A stretch of 64,000 bases of DNA from a virus: positions 1 through 64,000 of the IMG/VR virus record IMGVR_UViG_3300026189_000002; one strand, given 5' to 3'. Made by a program: the position numbers and the translations under genes. Positions within the stretch are counted from its first letter, which is position 1. Each line of letters starts with the position of its first letter. Under the pieces are notes generated by a model that saw only the letters and a list, made by a program, of their open reading frames with translations, was not told the origin of the DNA and did not search any database. This document shows positions 30,216 through 39,149 of the stretch, one piece after another.

Positions 30216-31808
30216 ATGAGTTCAGTTCCAACAAAAAATAAACAGGTTAAAGAAATTATCCGATGTGGTAAAGACCCAGTTTATTTTATAAACAAGTATA
30301 TAAAAATACAACATCCTACTAGAGGCCTAATAGGTTTTGATACTTACCCTTTTCAAAACGACTGTTTGGAACATTTTGTAGAGCACAGGTTTAACATTAT
30401 ACTAAAATCTAGGCAGCTGGGTATCTCTACTCTTACAGCTTGTTATGCGGTGTGGTTAGCTTGTTTTTATAAAGATAAAAATATTTTAGTAATAGCAACT
30501 AAGTTGGCCGTTGCTCAAAACTTTATAAAAAAAGTAAAAACTGCAATAAGAAGTATGCCTAGCTGGCTAAAGCTTCCGGAAATATCGTCTAGCAATAAAC
30601 AAGGAGTAGAATTTAGTAACGGCTCTACAATAAAAGCTGTTCCTACATCTGACGATGCAGGTAGATCAGAAGCACTTTCTTTATTGATAGTTGATGAGGC
30701 CGCCTTTATAAGAAACTTTGAAGAACTCTGGATGGGATTGTATTCTACTCTATCGACAGGTGGTAGAGCAATAATATTATCTACCCCTAACGGAGTAGGT
30801 GATAAATATCACGAGCTTTGCGTTCAAGCAGAAGAGCAGCAAAACGAATTTAATTTTATCAAACTACTTTGGGACGTTCACCCCGAAAGAAACGAAGAGT
30901 GGTTTGAAACAGAAACAAAAAATATGTCTAGAAAGCAAATAGCGCAAGAACTAATGTGCGATTTTGCAGCATCCGGAGATACTTTTTTAACTGCAGAAGA
31001 TATTGATGGATTAGCAAGAAGAATAAAGACGCCTATAGAGAGATGGGGTCCTGATATGGGCGTTTGGGTATGGAAATACTCTTTGAGTGAACACAACTAC
31101 ATAATATCCGCTGATGTAGCTCGAGGTGATGCTGGAGACTACTCTACTTTTCAAGTTTTTGATATTAATACCAGCGAACAAGTAGCCGAGTATAAGGGAA
31201 AAATACCGCCTGATCAGCTAGCCATATTATTAGCAGAAGCTGGTAAAAGATATTCTAACGCTTTAATATGCCCAGAAAATAACACGTATGGGTATGCCAC
31301 TATAATGAAGCTAAACGAGCTAGGCTATCCTAATCTTTATTTTAAAAATGAAAAAGATAAGTACGCTTCAATTTATAGCGGAAAATCAGATATATCTAAG
31401 ATAGGTTTTCAAACTAACGCACAATCGCGTGGAAAAATATTAACAAAGCTAGAGCAGGTTATAAGAACGAATAGCGTAACTTTTTATTCGTCTAGATTTC
31501 ATGCAGAGCTAAAAACTTTCGTTTGGAAAGGAAAAAAGGCTCAAGCTCAAAAAGGAAAAAATGACGACTTAGTAATAGCTTCAGCTATAGGCGTATGGCT
31601 TTTTGATTCTGATCCTAAAAGAAATATGCAGAGCGTGAATTTAAACAAAGCTATGCTAGATGGTTTTGCAGTTAATTCTAGAACTACAAAAAGCACAAAC
31701 GCTAATTGGAGCCATTCTTTAGCTAAAAACCCATATAAGCCAGTGGTTTTATCTAAAATGCCTACCAGCGGATCAAATAACGGTGTAGATTTTAGCTGGA
31801 TATTGTAA
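30216..31808 (+). CDS. terL: Terminase large subunit (T4 gp17-like)
   Basis: YPFQ, KSRQLGIST (Walker A), LLIVDEAAF (Walker B), STPNG, ADVARG, CPENN, DDLVIA. Confidence 0.95.
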   Translation: MSSVPTKNKQVKEIIRCGKDPVYFINKYIKIQHPTRGLIGFDTYPFQNDCLEHFVEHRFNIILKSRQLGISTLTACYAVWLACFYKDKNILVIATKLAVAQNFIKKVKTAIRSMPSWLKLPEISSSNKQGVEFSNGSTIKAVPTSDDAGRSEALSLLIVDEAAFIRNFEELWMGLYSTLSTGGRAIILSTPNGVGDKYHELCVQAEEQQNEFNFIKLLWDVHPERNEEWFETETKNMSRKQIAQELMCDFAASGDTFLTAEDIDGLARRIKTPIERWGPDMGVWVWKYSLSEHNYIISADVARGDAGDYSTFQVFDINTSEQVAEYKGKIPPDQLAILLAEAGKRYSNALICPENNTYGYATIMKLNELGYPNLYFKNEKDKYASIYSGKSDISKIGFQTNAQSRGKILTKLEQVIRTNSVTFYSSRFHAELKTFVWKGKKAQAQKGKNDDLVIASAIGVWLFDSDPKRNMQSVNLNKAMLDGFAVNSRTTKSTNANWSHSLAKNPYKPVVLSKMPTSGSNNGVDFSWIL

Positions 31809-31862
31809 TTTAATTTGTGATATAACCTATTAAGATATTAAGTATTATTATAGGAGTTTTTA

Positions 31863-33788
31863 ATGGCAGATAGAGCAAGTCTTTTTAATAGGCTGACTAA
31901 ATTATTTAGATCAGGTCCTGTCATAAAAAGAAAAGTAAGAAATATAGACGCTAGAAATTCTGCCTCTACGGCTGTAGAAGTTTTTAGGAAGGCGCACAGC
32001 GATGTATATAATAGCACGCTTTCTTCCTACGGCGCTTTTGATAGAATGTCTAGATACAGCGATTTCAGTGAAATGGAATCTACACCAGAAATATCTTCTG
32101 CTTTAGACATATACGCCGAAGAAACAGTTTCATCTGACGAACACGGCAGAGTTCTTCATATACACTCCGACAATGCAAAAATAAAAGAAATACTAGACAA
32201 TCTTTTTCACGATATATTAAATGTAGAATTTAATTTGCCAATGTGGACTCGTAATCTATGCAAGTATGGAGACTTCTTTTTATTTAATGACATTCATCCA
32301 GAATATGGAGTCATAAACGCTTATCCAATTTCTATTAGCGAAGTAGAAAGAGAAGAAGGGTTTGACCCTAGCGACCCTAGCGCAGTTAGGTTTAGGTGGA
32401 TTACTCAAGGTAATCAAATTTTAGAAAACTGGCAAATGTCTCACTTTAGGCTTTTAGGCAACGACGCTTTTTTGCCTTATGGAAATTCAGTATTAGAGTC
32501 TGCAAGAAGAATATGGCGCCAGCTAATATTAATAGAAGATGCTATGCTTGTGTACCGAGTTATTAGAGCGCCTGAAAGAAGAGTTTTCTATATTGACGTA
32601 GGTAATGTCCCCCCAGAAGACGTATCAAATTATTTAGAGCAAGCACAAACTAGCCTAAAAAGAAATCAAATAATTGACAAGTCTAATGGGCAAGTAGACT
32701 TAAGATATAATCCGCTTAGCGTAGATGAAGATTATTTTCTTCCAGTCAGAGGCGGAGATTCAGGAACAAGGATAGATACACTAGCAGGCGGCCAAAATAC
32801 TTCCGCAATAGAAGATGTTCAGTATATTCAAAAGAAGTTATTTGCTGCTTTAAAAATACCTAGAGCTTATCTAGGATATGATGAAGAAGTCGGAGCAAAG
32901 GCTACGCTTGCTCAAGAGGATATAAGGTTTAGCAGAGCAATACAAAGAATTCAGAAAGTTATTATTTCTGAGCTAAATAAGGTTGCTATGATACATCTTT
33001 ATTGTCATGGTTATGAAGGAGAAGATTTAGCAGACTTTAATTTAATGCTATCTAACCCTTCTTCTTTAGCTCAACAACAAAAATTAGAGCTTATTAGAGT
33101 CAGGTTTGAAATTGCAGGATCTGCACCAGAGGGTTCGGTTAGTAGAAAATGGGTTCAAAAAAATGTTATAGGACTTACTGACTCTGAAATAGAAAACATA
33201 AAACAAGACAAGATAGACGAAAAACTATCTGATTCAGAGCTAGAAAATGTTCAGGCTGAAGCTCCTGAAGGGGCTGACGAAGATACAGATACAGCAGCAG
33301 ACGAAGAGGCCGAGGAAGATCTTTTCGCTTCTGACAAAAAAGGCGGAGAGTTATTGACAGCTCAACCGCCAGAAGAAAATAATAAAAAATCTTCTAAAAA
33401 AGACGAAGAAGAAATTCCAAATATAAAACTATCCATTGATGACGAAGACGCTCCGATAAAAGCCCAGTCCGCGATAAGAAACGTTTTTGGAGGCGAACTA
33501 AATAAAAAAAGGACATCTAATGGACCTTCAAAAAATTCAATGCCCGATTTTTTAAAGATGACTTCTACTGGAAAGTCCGGACGCGGTCAAGATAGCTTAA
33601 ATAAGCCTTACGGAAATAAGAAGTTTGTGGATCCATTTTCTGAATCAAGCGATCAGTCAGAGATGCCAAAACTATCAATAGGACTAGTAAAAACTTTGAA
33701 TCACATGTCGAACAAAATAGGTATTAATAATAAGGCCTTACTTTCAGAGGCCGAAGACAAAAAGGGGGACCATAATGGCGAAGCATAA
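31863..33788 (+). CDS. gp20: Portal protein (T4 gp20-like)
   Basis: EDAMLVYRVIRAPERRVFYIDVGN, EDYFLP, TLAGGQN, KLFAALKIP. Follows terL. Confidence 0.95.
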   Translation: MADRASLFNRLTKLFRSGPVIKRKVRNIDARNSASTAVEVFRKAHSDVYNSTLSSYGAFDRMSRYSDFSEMESTPEISSALDIYAEETVSSDEHGRVLHIHSDNAKIKEILDNLFHDILNVEFNLPMWTRNLCKYGDFFLFNDIHPEYGVINAYPISISEVEREEGFDPSDPSAVRFRWITQGNQILENWQMSHFRLLGNDAFLPYGNSVLESARRIWRQLILIEDAMLVYRVIRAPERRVFYIDVGNVPPEDVSNYLEQAQTSLKRNQIIDKSNGQVDLRYNPLSVDEDYFLPVRGGDSGTRIDTLAGGQNTSAIEDVQYIQKKLFAALKIPRAYLGYDEEVGAKATLAQEDIRFSRAIQRIQKVIISELNKVAMIHLYCHGYEGEDLADFNLMLSNPSSLAQQQKLELIRVRFEIAGSAPEGSVSRKWVQKNVIGLTDSEIENIKQDKIDEKLSDSELENVQAEAPEGADEDTDTAADEEAEEDLFASDKKGGELLTAQPPEENNKKSSKKDEEEIPNIKLSIDDEDAPIKAQSAIRNVFGGELNKKRTSNGPSKNSMPDFLKMTSTGKSGRGQDSLNKPYGNKKFVDPFSESSDQSEMPKLSIGLVKTLNHMSNKIGINNKALLSEAEDKKGDHNGEA

Positions 33789-34599
33789 CAAGAAGCGCAA
33801 CGTCGGTCTGATTCATGAGCAGCTGATCAGAAAAATTAGCGAACATGTAGTCGATAAGGACCAAGATAATATTGACAAAATTTTCAATATAATAGAAAAC
33901 AATTTCGTTAAAGGGAGCGAACTTTATAAAGAATTTAGGTTGTTCAATTCATTAGTTCACTCTAGAGTCGGATCTAAAGAAATTGCTTCTAAAATATTAG
34001 AAGAGAGTAAGTCAGCTGCTAAAAAACACAATATAAGCAAAATTGATCAGGAAAAATCAAAGTTGATAAAAGAGATCAATCACAACCTAGATGGAAAAGA
34101 TCTGTACTCAACTCGAGTTGAAACATATAAGGTTTTTTCTACCGTTCAAGCTTTACTTAATGAATGGAGAGGGCACGGAAATCTTTTTCCTGAAGAAATA
34201 GTAAAATACGAAAGCCTTTTAGAAAATTGGCTTTGTAGAGGTAAAGAGGAAAATCAGAACAGCAATAAAGTCGGAGATCCTCTTGTTTTAAAAATGATGA
34301 TACAAAAGTTTAATGAAAAGTATGAAGGAAACCTAAACAATATGCAGCGTTCCTTAATTGCTTCGAAGTTATCAGAAGATAATGAAAAAGTTTTAGAACA
34401 GGTCAGCACTATAAAAGAAGCAGGCCTGAAAAAAGTTAATGATTTTTATTCTAGCTGTGATAACAAGTTTTTGTTAGAGAAAAAAGAAGAAATTTTGTCT
34501 AGAATAGACAGTCTAGAGGTTTCTTCTTCTGATAAAATCATAGAAAGAGCTATGTCGTTAGCTAATCTTGTAGAAGAGCTGGAGAGTGAAGATGAGTAA
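33775..34599 (+). CDS. Hypothetical head-morphogenesis protein
   Basis: KHNKKRNVGLIHEQL N-terminus and FNEKY motif. Lies between portal and protease. Confidence 0.65.
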   Translation: MAKHNKKRNVGLIHEQLIRKISEHVVDKDQDNIDKIFNIIENNFVKGSELYKEFRLFNSLVHSRVGSKEIASKILEESKSAAKKHNISKIDQEKSKLIKEINHNLDGKDLYSTRVETYKVFSTVQALLNEWRGHGNLFPEEIVKYESLLENWLCRGKEENQNSNKVGDPLVLKMMIQKFNEKYEGNLNNMQRSLIASKLSEDNEKVLEQVSTIKEAGLKKVNDFYSSCDNKFLLEKKEEILSRIDSLEVSSSDKIIERAMSLANLVEELESEDE

Positions 34600-35203
34600 T
34601 AAAATGAAACTTTTAACCGAGTGGTTGCCTTTTGACTACTCTAAAGAAATGATAAAAGAGTCTAGAGATAACAACGACGGAAAAATAGTAATGAAGGGTA
34701 TTCTTCAAAAAGCAGATACGTTAAATCAAAACGGAAGAATATATCCGGAGCCTATTTTAGAAAGAGAAGTAAGAAATTACCAAAAGTTTATCGAAGAATC
34801 AAGAGCGCTAGGAGAATGCGATCACCCAGATAGCAGCGTCGTTGAACTAAAGAACGCTTCTCATATAGTAAGAGAAGCTTACATGCAAGAAGGTGTATGT
34901 TACGGAACCGTAGAATTGCTTGATACTCCAAGCGGTAAAATACTTCAAAGCTTAGTAGAGTCTGGAGTTACTCTTGGTATCTCCAGCAGAGGCGTAGGGT
35001 CAACAAGAAGAGACGGCGACTACGATGTAGTTCAAGATGATTTTCAGCTTATTTGCTGGGATTTTGTTTCAGAGCCTTCTACGCCTGGAGCATTTATGAT
35101 GAAAGAGGGAAGAGAGATTTCTAGAAGAGATCTAAACAACCACTTTAATAAAACAGATAGAATAAATAGGGCTATGAACGAAATCATAGCTTGGGAGGAT
35201 TAA
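34592..35203 (+). CDS. gp21: Prohead core protease (T4 gp21-like)
   Basis: GILQKADTLNQNGRIYP, GECDHP, SHIV, GISSRGVGS, WDFVSEPST. ATG at 34592 follows SD GGAGAG. Confidence 0.93.
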   Translation: MSNKMKLLTEWLPFDYSKEMIKESRDNNDGKIVMKGILQKADTLNQNGRIYPEPILEREVRNYQKFIEESRALGECDHPDSSVVELKNASHIVREAYMQEGVCYGTVELLDTPSGKILQSLVESGVTLGISSRGVGSTRRDGDYDVVQDDFQLICWDFVSEPSTPGAFMMKEGREISRRDLNNHFNKTDRINRAMNEIIAWED

Positions 35204-35205
35204 TC

Positions 35206-35568
35206 ATGGGAAATTGGGTATTACCAGGACTTGGAGATGTTGGCGCGTATCAAGTTTCAGGAACTCCTTTTGTTTTTGACGCAACCGGCGAACAAGCTGC
35301 AGCGGTATCTGCAACAGCCACGCTAAAATACGTGACATCAGATGTTCAAATAAATACTACAGGAGCCGGCTGTACTGTTCACTTCGGTGACGTGGCCGAT
35401 ACTACATACGCACTTCCTGCCGGATTATCTACCTTTAGAGTAAAGTGCAAAAAAATTGTAGTTTCTGCAGCAGCTCAACAAACTGTCAGTGTGTGTGCAT
35501 CTTTAACGGGAATAGAAGCAAAACACCTGGAACAGCACGATCAAGACGATTACGGAACTGTAGTTTAA
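35206..35568 (+). CDS. Small beta-rich hypothetical head protein (possible decoration protein)
   Basis: SD GGAGGA precedes ATG 35206. PGLGDVGAYQVSGTPF N-terminus. Confidence 0.6.
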   Translation: MGNWVLPGLGDVGAYQVSGTPFVFDATGEQAAAVSATATLKYVTSDVQINTTGAGCTVHFGDVADTTYALPAGLSTFRVKCKKIVVSAAAQQTVSVCASLTGIEAKHLEQHDQDDYGTVV

Positions 35569-35578
35569 GGGATAAGAA

Positions 35579-35980
35579 ATGGCAAAATTAACTAAGACAG
35601 CGTTAAAAAGTATTGTAAAAGAGTGTTTAGTAGAAATACTCGCAGAAGGAATAGGTTCAACCAACGCAATCAATGAATCTAAAAAGACGCCTGCAAAAAA
35701 ACCGGTAAAAAGACCTGCGCCTACAAACAAAAAATTTGATCAAGCAGTTAGTCAAACCGTTGGCTCTATAACAGATGACGATATAATGAGAGAAATTTTA
35801 GCGGACACAGCTAAGGGTACTCTTCAAGAGCAGCTAAAGCATGAAAGATCAAAGCCTGGTGCAGTAGTTCAATCTGGATTATCTCAAGATCAATCTTCAG
35901 CAGGAATTAATTTAGATGGAATATTTAGTTCAGCTAGTGAAAATTGGTCTTCATTAGCATTCACTGAAAAGAAAAACTAG
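35579..35980 (+). CDS. Hypothetical prohead-associated protein
   Basis: LKSIVKECLVEILAEG and INES, a capsid-targeting/cleavage-like N-terminus. Confidence 0.6.
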   Translation: MAKLTKTALKSIVKECLVEILAEGIGSTNAINESKKTPAKKPVKRPAPTNKKFDQAVSQTVGSITDDDIMREILADTAKGTLQEQLKHERSKPGAVVQSGLSQDQSSAGINLDGIFSSASENWSSLAFTEKKN

Positions 35981-36019
35981 TTACATAATATTTATTTTTG
36001 AGGACACTGGAGATTAACC

Positions 36020-36295
36020 ATGACTAAAAGAGTTAAAAGACTTACAGAAAAAAGCCTTCGCGATATGATAATCGAAGAAGCAAGAGCTCTAACAGAGACT
36101 TTAGAGCAAGGAAAAGATGACGCTGAAAAAGTTTCTGCTGAAGAATGCGATGCTGATAAATTAGCCGGTTCTTTAGAAAAAGATATAGATTACATGAAGG
36201 CCTTAAAGATTCACGAGAATAGACTTAGGTCTAGACTTGCAAAAATAGCAGAAGCTAAAAGCGTTTTGCAAAAAAGAATTATAAAAAGAATTTAA
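36020..36295 (+). CDS. Small coiled-coil hypothetical prohead protein
   Basis: SD GGAG. LTEKSLRDMIIEEA N-terminus. Confidence 0.6.
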   Translation: MTKRVKRLTEKSLRDMIIEEARALTETLEQGKDDAEKVSAEECDADKLAGSLEKDIDYMKALKIHENRLRSRLAKIAEAKSVLQKRIIKRI

Positions 36296-36304
36296 GGAGA
36301 AAAA

Positions 36305-36793
36305 ATGCCTAGCCACAAACAAGGTACAACTGAGGTCGTCCAAACGGAAGGATCTCTAGGTACTATTAGCGGATTGTCTACTTCGGATACAAACAGAATG
36401 CAATCTTTATTTCCTGGAAGTCCGATTCACTTAGGCGAGATGACTAGAGAGCAGCTAAGAGAGTATTTTAAGACTGCAGTTCTCACCGGCGTTATAAACG
36501 ACGGTGGCCATACTTTCGGCCAGCATAACACGGCTTTTTCTGATTCTCCAAATATAGACGATGTAGAAACTGGTGGTGAAGGACTACCTGCTTCTCCTCA
36601 TGTTCCTAACCCTGTATCGCCAGGCGTAGGAAGTAATAACGCTGGAGATCAAGCTGAAGCCCCAGAGGGATTTGGGACAAAGAGATCGGACGTTCCTGGT
36701 TCTGGACCTGGTTCTAAACTTCAGCCTTCTGAGTCTTCTGAGAAAGTATACAATCAAGATATAGACAAGCTGGTCTTAGGTAAAGGATCTTGA
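36305..36793 (+). CDS. Low-complexity small protein, paralog array member 1
   Basis: SD AAGGAG. SDSPNI...SPHVPNPVSP motif. Confidence 0.7.
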   Translation: MPSHKQGTTEVVQTEGSLGTISGLSTSDTNRMQSLFPGSPIHLGEMTREQLREYFKTAVLTGVINDGGHTFGQHNTAFSDSPNIDDVETGGEGLPASPHVPNPVSPGVGSNNAGDQAEAPEGFGTKRSDVPGSGPGSKLQPSESSEKVYNQDIDKLVLGKGS

Positions 36794-36805
36794 TAAGGAG
36801 TTAAC

Positions 36806-37411
36806 ATGCCAACAAGAACAACCGGAACCGGAACCCCTTCAGATACTCATTCTGAGGGCAGAAATTTTGGAAGAAGAAGAACGGACGGTAATCTAGACAC
36901 TTTTAGAATTCCTGTAGATTTAAATTATGTTAGTAGACCCACGACCGGAGTAGAAGGCGATAATGCAAAAGACGTTAGACAAAAAATATTAGAAGGAACA
37001 TTGGGGCAAAGTACCGGTACAGCTCTTGCAGATTTGCAAGGATATTACGGAATGACAGCTGCTGAAGTTTTGAACTTATTCAAGTACAACGCTCCTGATG
37101 TTGTAGCAGAAAGAGGTGCGCAGCCGGCTTATGGTCCAAATTTAGCCATACCTCCTTTTGCTTCAAGTAGACCGGCCAATGTACTAGGCACGGATGAAGA
37201 TGAGTCAGATAGAAAAACTCAAGATAATTCTACAAAAATAGTCGGGGCAACTTATGGATCAATGTCACGCGAATCTTCTGAAAACAGAGCAAACCCTTCT
37301 GAAAATTCTACTCATCCTAGAGATAAAAGACCTAGCATGACTAGTGATGGAACTGACAGTATTGCAACTTTGTCTACCTCAGGCGTAGGCGCCCCTCCTG
37401 CAGAAGGATAA
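36806..37411 (+). CDS. Low-complexity small protein, paralog array member 2
   Basis: SD AAGGAG. YNAPDV...AYGPNLAIPP motif. Confidence 0.7.
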   Translation: MPTRTTGTGTPSDTHSEGRNFGRRRTDGNLDTFRIPVDLNYVSRPTTGVEGDNAKDVRQKILEGTLGQSTGTALADLQGYYGMTAAEVLNLFKYNAPDVVAERGAQPAYGPNLAIPPFASSRPANVLGTDEDESDRKTQDNSTKIVGATYGSMSRESSENRANPSENSTHPRDKRPSMTSDGTDSIATLSTSGVGAPPAEG

Positions 37412-37431
37412 TAAAAATAAGGTAAAATGTT

Positions 37432-38031
37432 TTGAGCGAAGAAGTAAATCCATACGAAAAAGGTTCCTCTAATAAAGAGCACTTAAAAAGTGTTTTTATC
37501 GATCCTAGAGATGCCGACGACCGACCGCTGCAAATAGAGCATCTAAATAAAGAGCAGGGAAGAGCAGACATGTTGTCTGGAAATACTAGGGAAATAGAAG
37601 TAGGAGACCGCGACGAGGACGGAGAAGATGAAGTCTATTTAGTTCCTAGGGTCAACGATACAGAAAAATTGGCTAGCTACTGGGGTTTTAGCGATACAAA
37701 ATCAGTAGATTTACAATATAACGATGCGCCTGACTTTAGTAAAGATGCTACAAGACCGGCTTTTTTAAAATCTCCTTTTTGCCCTAATCTTGTACCTCCT
37801 AGTATAACTCCTGAGACTAGAGGAGCGTTTACTTCTGACGCTGATAATAGTGTAACATTTTCTTTACCAAATGGAGCAGATCCAACAAAACCTCGTTTTG
37901 GAACTAGAAGAGCAGTTTCTAATAGAAACAACGGTTCTTTAAAAAGCCCTTCTGAATTTGTTAGCTCTATTAAAGGCAGAGCTGTTAATCCGCCCGTTTT
38001 AGCTGTGAATCGCGTAAATTTTGAAGATTAG
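37432..38031 (+). CDS. Low-complexity small protein, paralog array member 3
   Basis: TTG start after AAGG. YNDAPDF...SPFCPNLVPP...TRGAFTSDADN. Confidence 0.65.
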   Translation: MSEEVNPYEKGSSNKEHLKSVFIDPRDADDRPLQIEHLNKEQGRADMLSGNTREIEVGDRDEDGEDEVYLVPRVNDTEKLASYWGFSDTKSVDLQYNDAPDFSKDATRPAFLKSPFCPNLVPPSITPETRGAFTSDADNSVTFSLPNGADPTKPRFGTRRAVSNRNNGSLKSPSEFVSSIKGRAVNPPVLAVNRVNFED

Positions 38032-38048
38032 CAGTTGAGAGATAAGAG

Positions 38049-38567
38049 ATGCCTACTAATCCTGAAAATAGCACAAAGGTAATTACACACTCAGGAGAGT
38101 CTAAATGTAATACCGTTACAAACCCCATAAACGAAGAATCTCAATTCCACTCCAGTGACAATGCGTTTTTAGGAAAAAGATACAATAACAACACATCTGG
38201 TTTTAGAAGTTTAGAGGGTTTATCTATTACGGAGGAGTTAATTTTTCAAAAGGCTCAAATTGCAGTAACAGTCAATTTAAACTATTTAGCTCCTGATTTT
38301 GATGCTTCAGAAGTTGATTTATCTATATTGAGCGGTATGAGTTACTGGGCACCTAATCTTATACCTCCTATAGTTCACGAATCTACGAGAGGTGCATTTT
38401 CATCAGAAGACGACAATACACGTTCTTCATACGGAGAAGAACATCCTTTTTATCAGAATGCAAAACAATACATTGGCGAAACAGAATTTGAAAAAATAAA
38501 TCCGATTCAAGCATCTTCTAAAAATAAACAGACTACCTCCCGCATAATGTTAAGAAGATTGGATTAA
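38049..38567 (+). CDS. Low-complexity small protein, paralog array member 4
   Basis: YLAPDF...YWAPNLIPP...TRGAFSSEDDN. Confidence 0.65.
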   Translation: MPTNPENSTKVITHSGESKCNTVTNPINEESQFHSSDNAFLGKRYNNNTSGFRSLEGLSITEELIFQKAQIAVTVNLNYLAPDFDASEVDLSILSGMSYWAPNLIPPIVHESTRGAFSSEDDNTRSSYGEEHPFYQNAKQYIGETEFEKINPIQASSKNKQTTSRIMLRRLD

Positions 38568-38569
38568 TT

Positions 38570-39103
38570 ATGATAGATAATCAGTCTAGGTATGACAGTA
38601 GAACAGGATTAGGCTACGGTCAGACTAAAGATAGATTTCAAAAGTCAAGGACTTCAAATTCATCTTTTCCTTATTCTCAATCCGATAAAGAAAAACAAGA
38701 AGATATTGAAGATTTTGAGCCAACAGAAGAAACTATTTCTGCAATTTATTCAAAATTTTTAAAAAAATTATCTTTTGATCCCGGCGCTCACAAATCTACC
38801 GACGGATTTTATTTTGCCGCAGGTAATACAAAACTTTCTGATTGTTATTTTAGAACAGAAAAAATGCTTTTAGAGATGGAAACTTTTTCTAATTCAATCT
38901 CTCCTATACCAGGGCTATATTCTTCTATGTCTACGCCCTCTGCTTCTCCTAGTTTAACAACAGGAAACTTTAAAAGAACGGGAACAACTAGGGGTTTTTC
39001 TTCTGCCCCGGAAGATTTTATAGAAGATGAAAAAGAATCTAAAGAAGAGTTTTATTCTTTGAAAGATCTAGTTAAAATAATTAGAAGCAAGCGAGGTGAG
39101 TAA
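38570..39103 (+). CDS. Hypothetical protein
   Basis: 177-aa ORF (YDSRTGLGYG...) tightly packed in the head cluster. Confidence 0.6.
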   Translation: MIDNQSRYDSRTGLGYGQTKDRFQKSRTSNSSFPYSQSDKEKQEDIEDFEPTEETISAIYSKFLKKLSFDPGAHKSTDGFYFAAGNTKLSDCYFRTEKMLLEMETFSNSISPIPGLYSSMSTPSASPSLTTGNFKRTGTTRGFSSAPEDFIEDEKESKEEFYSLKDLVKIIRSKRGE

Positions 39104-39149
39104 TTTTTGCTCTCATTAACCATACTTAATGATAAACGCAGGTGGACCT

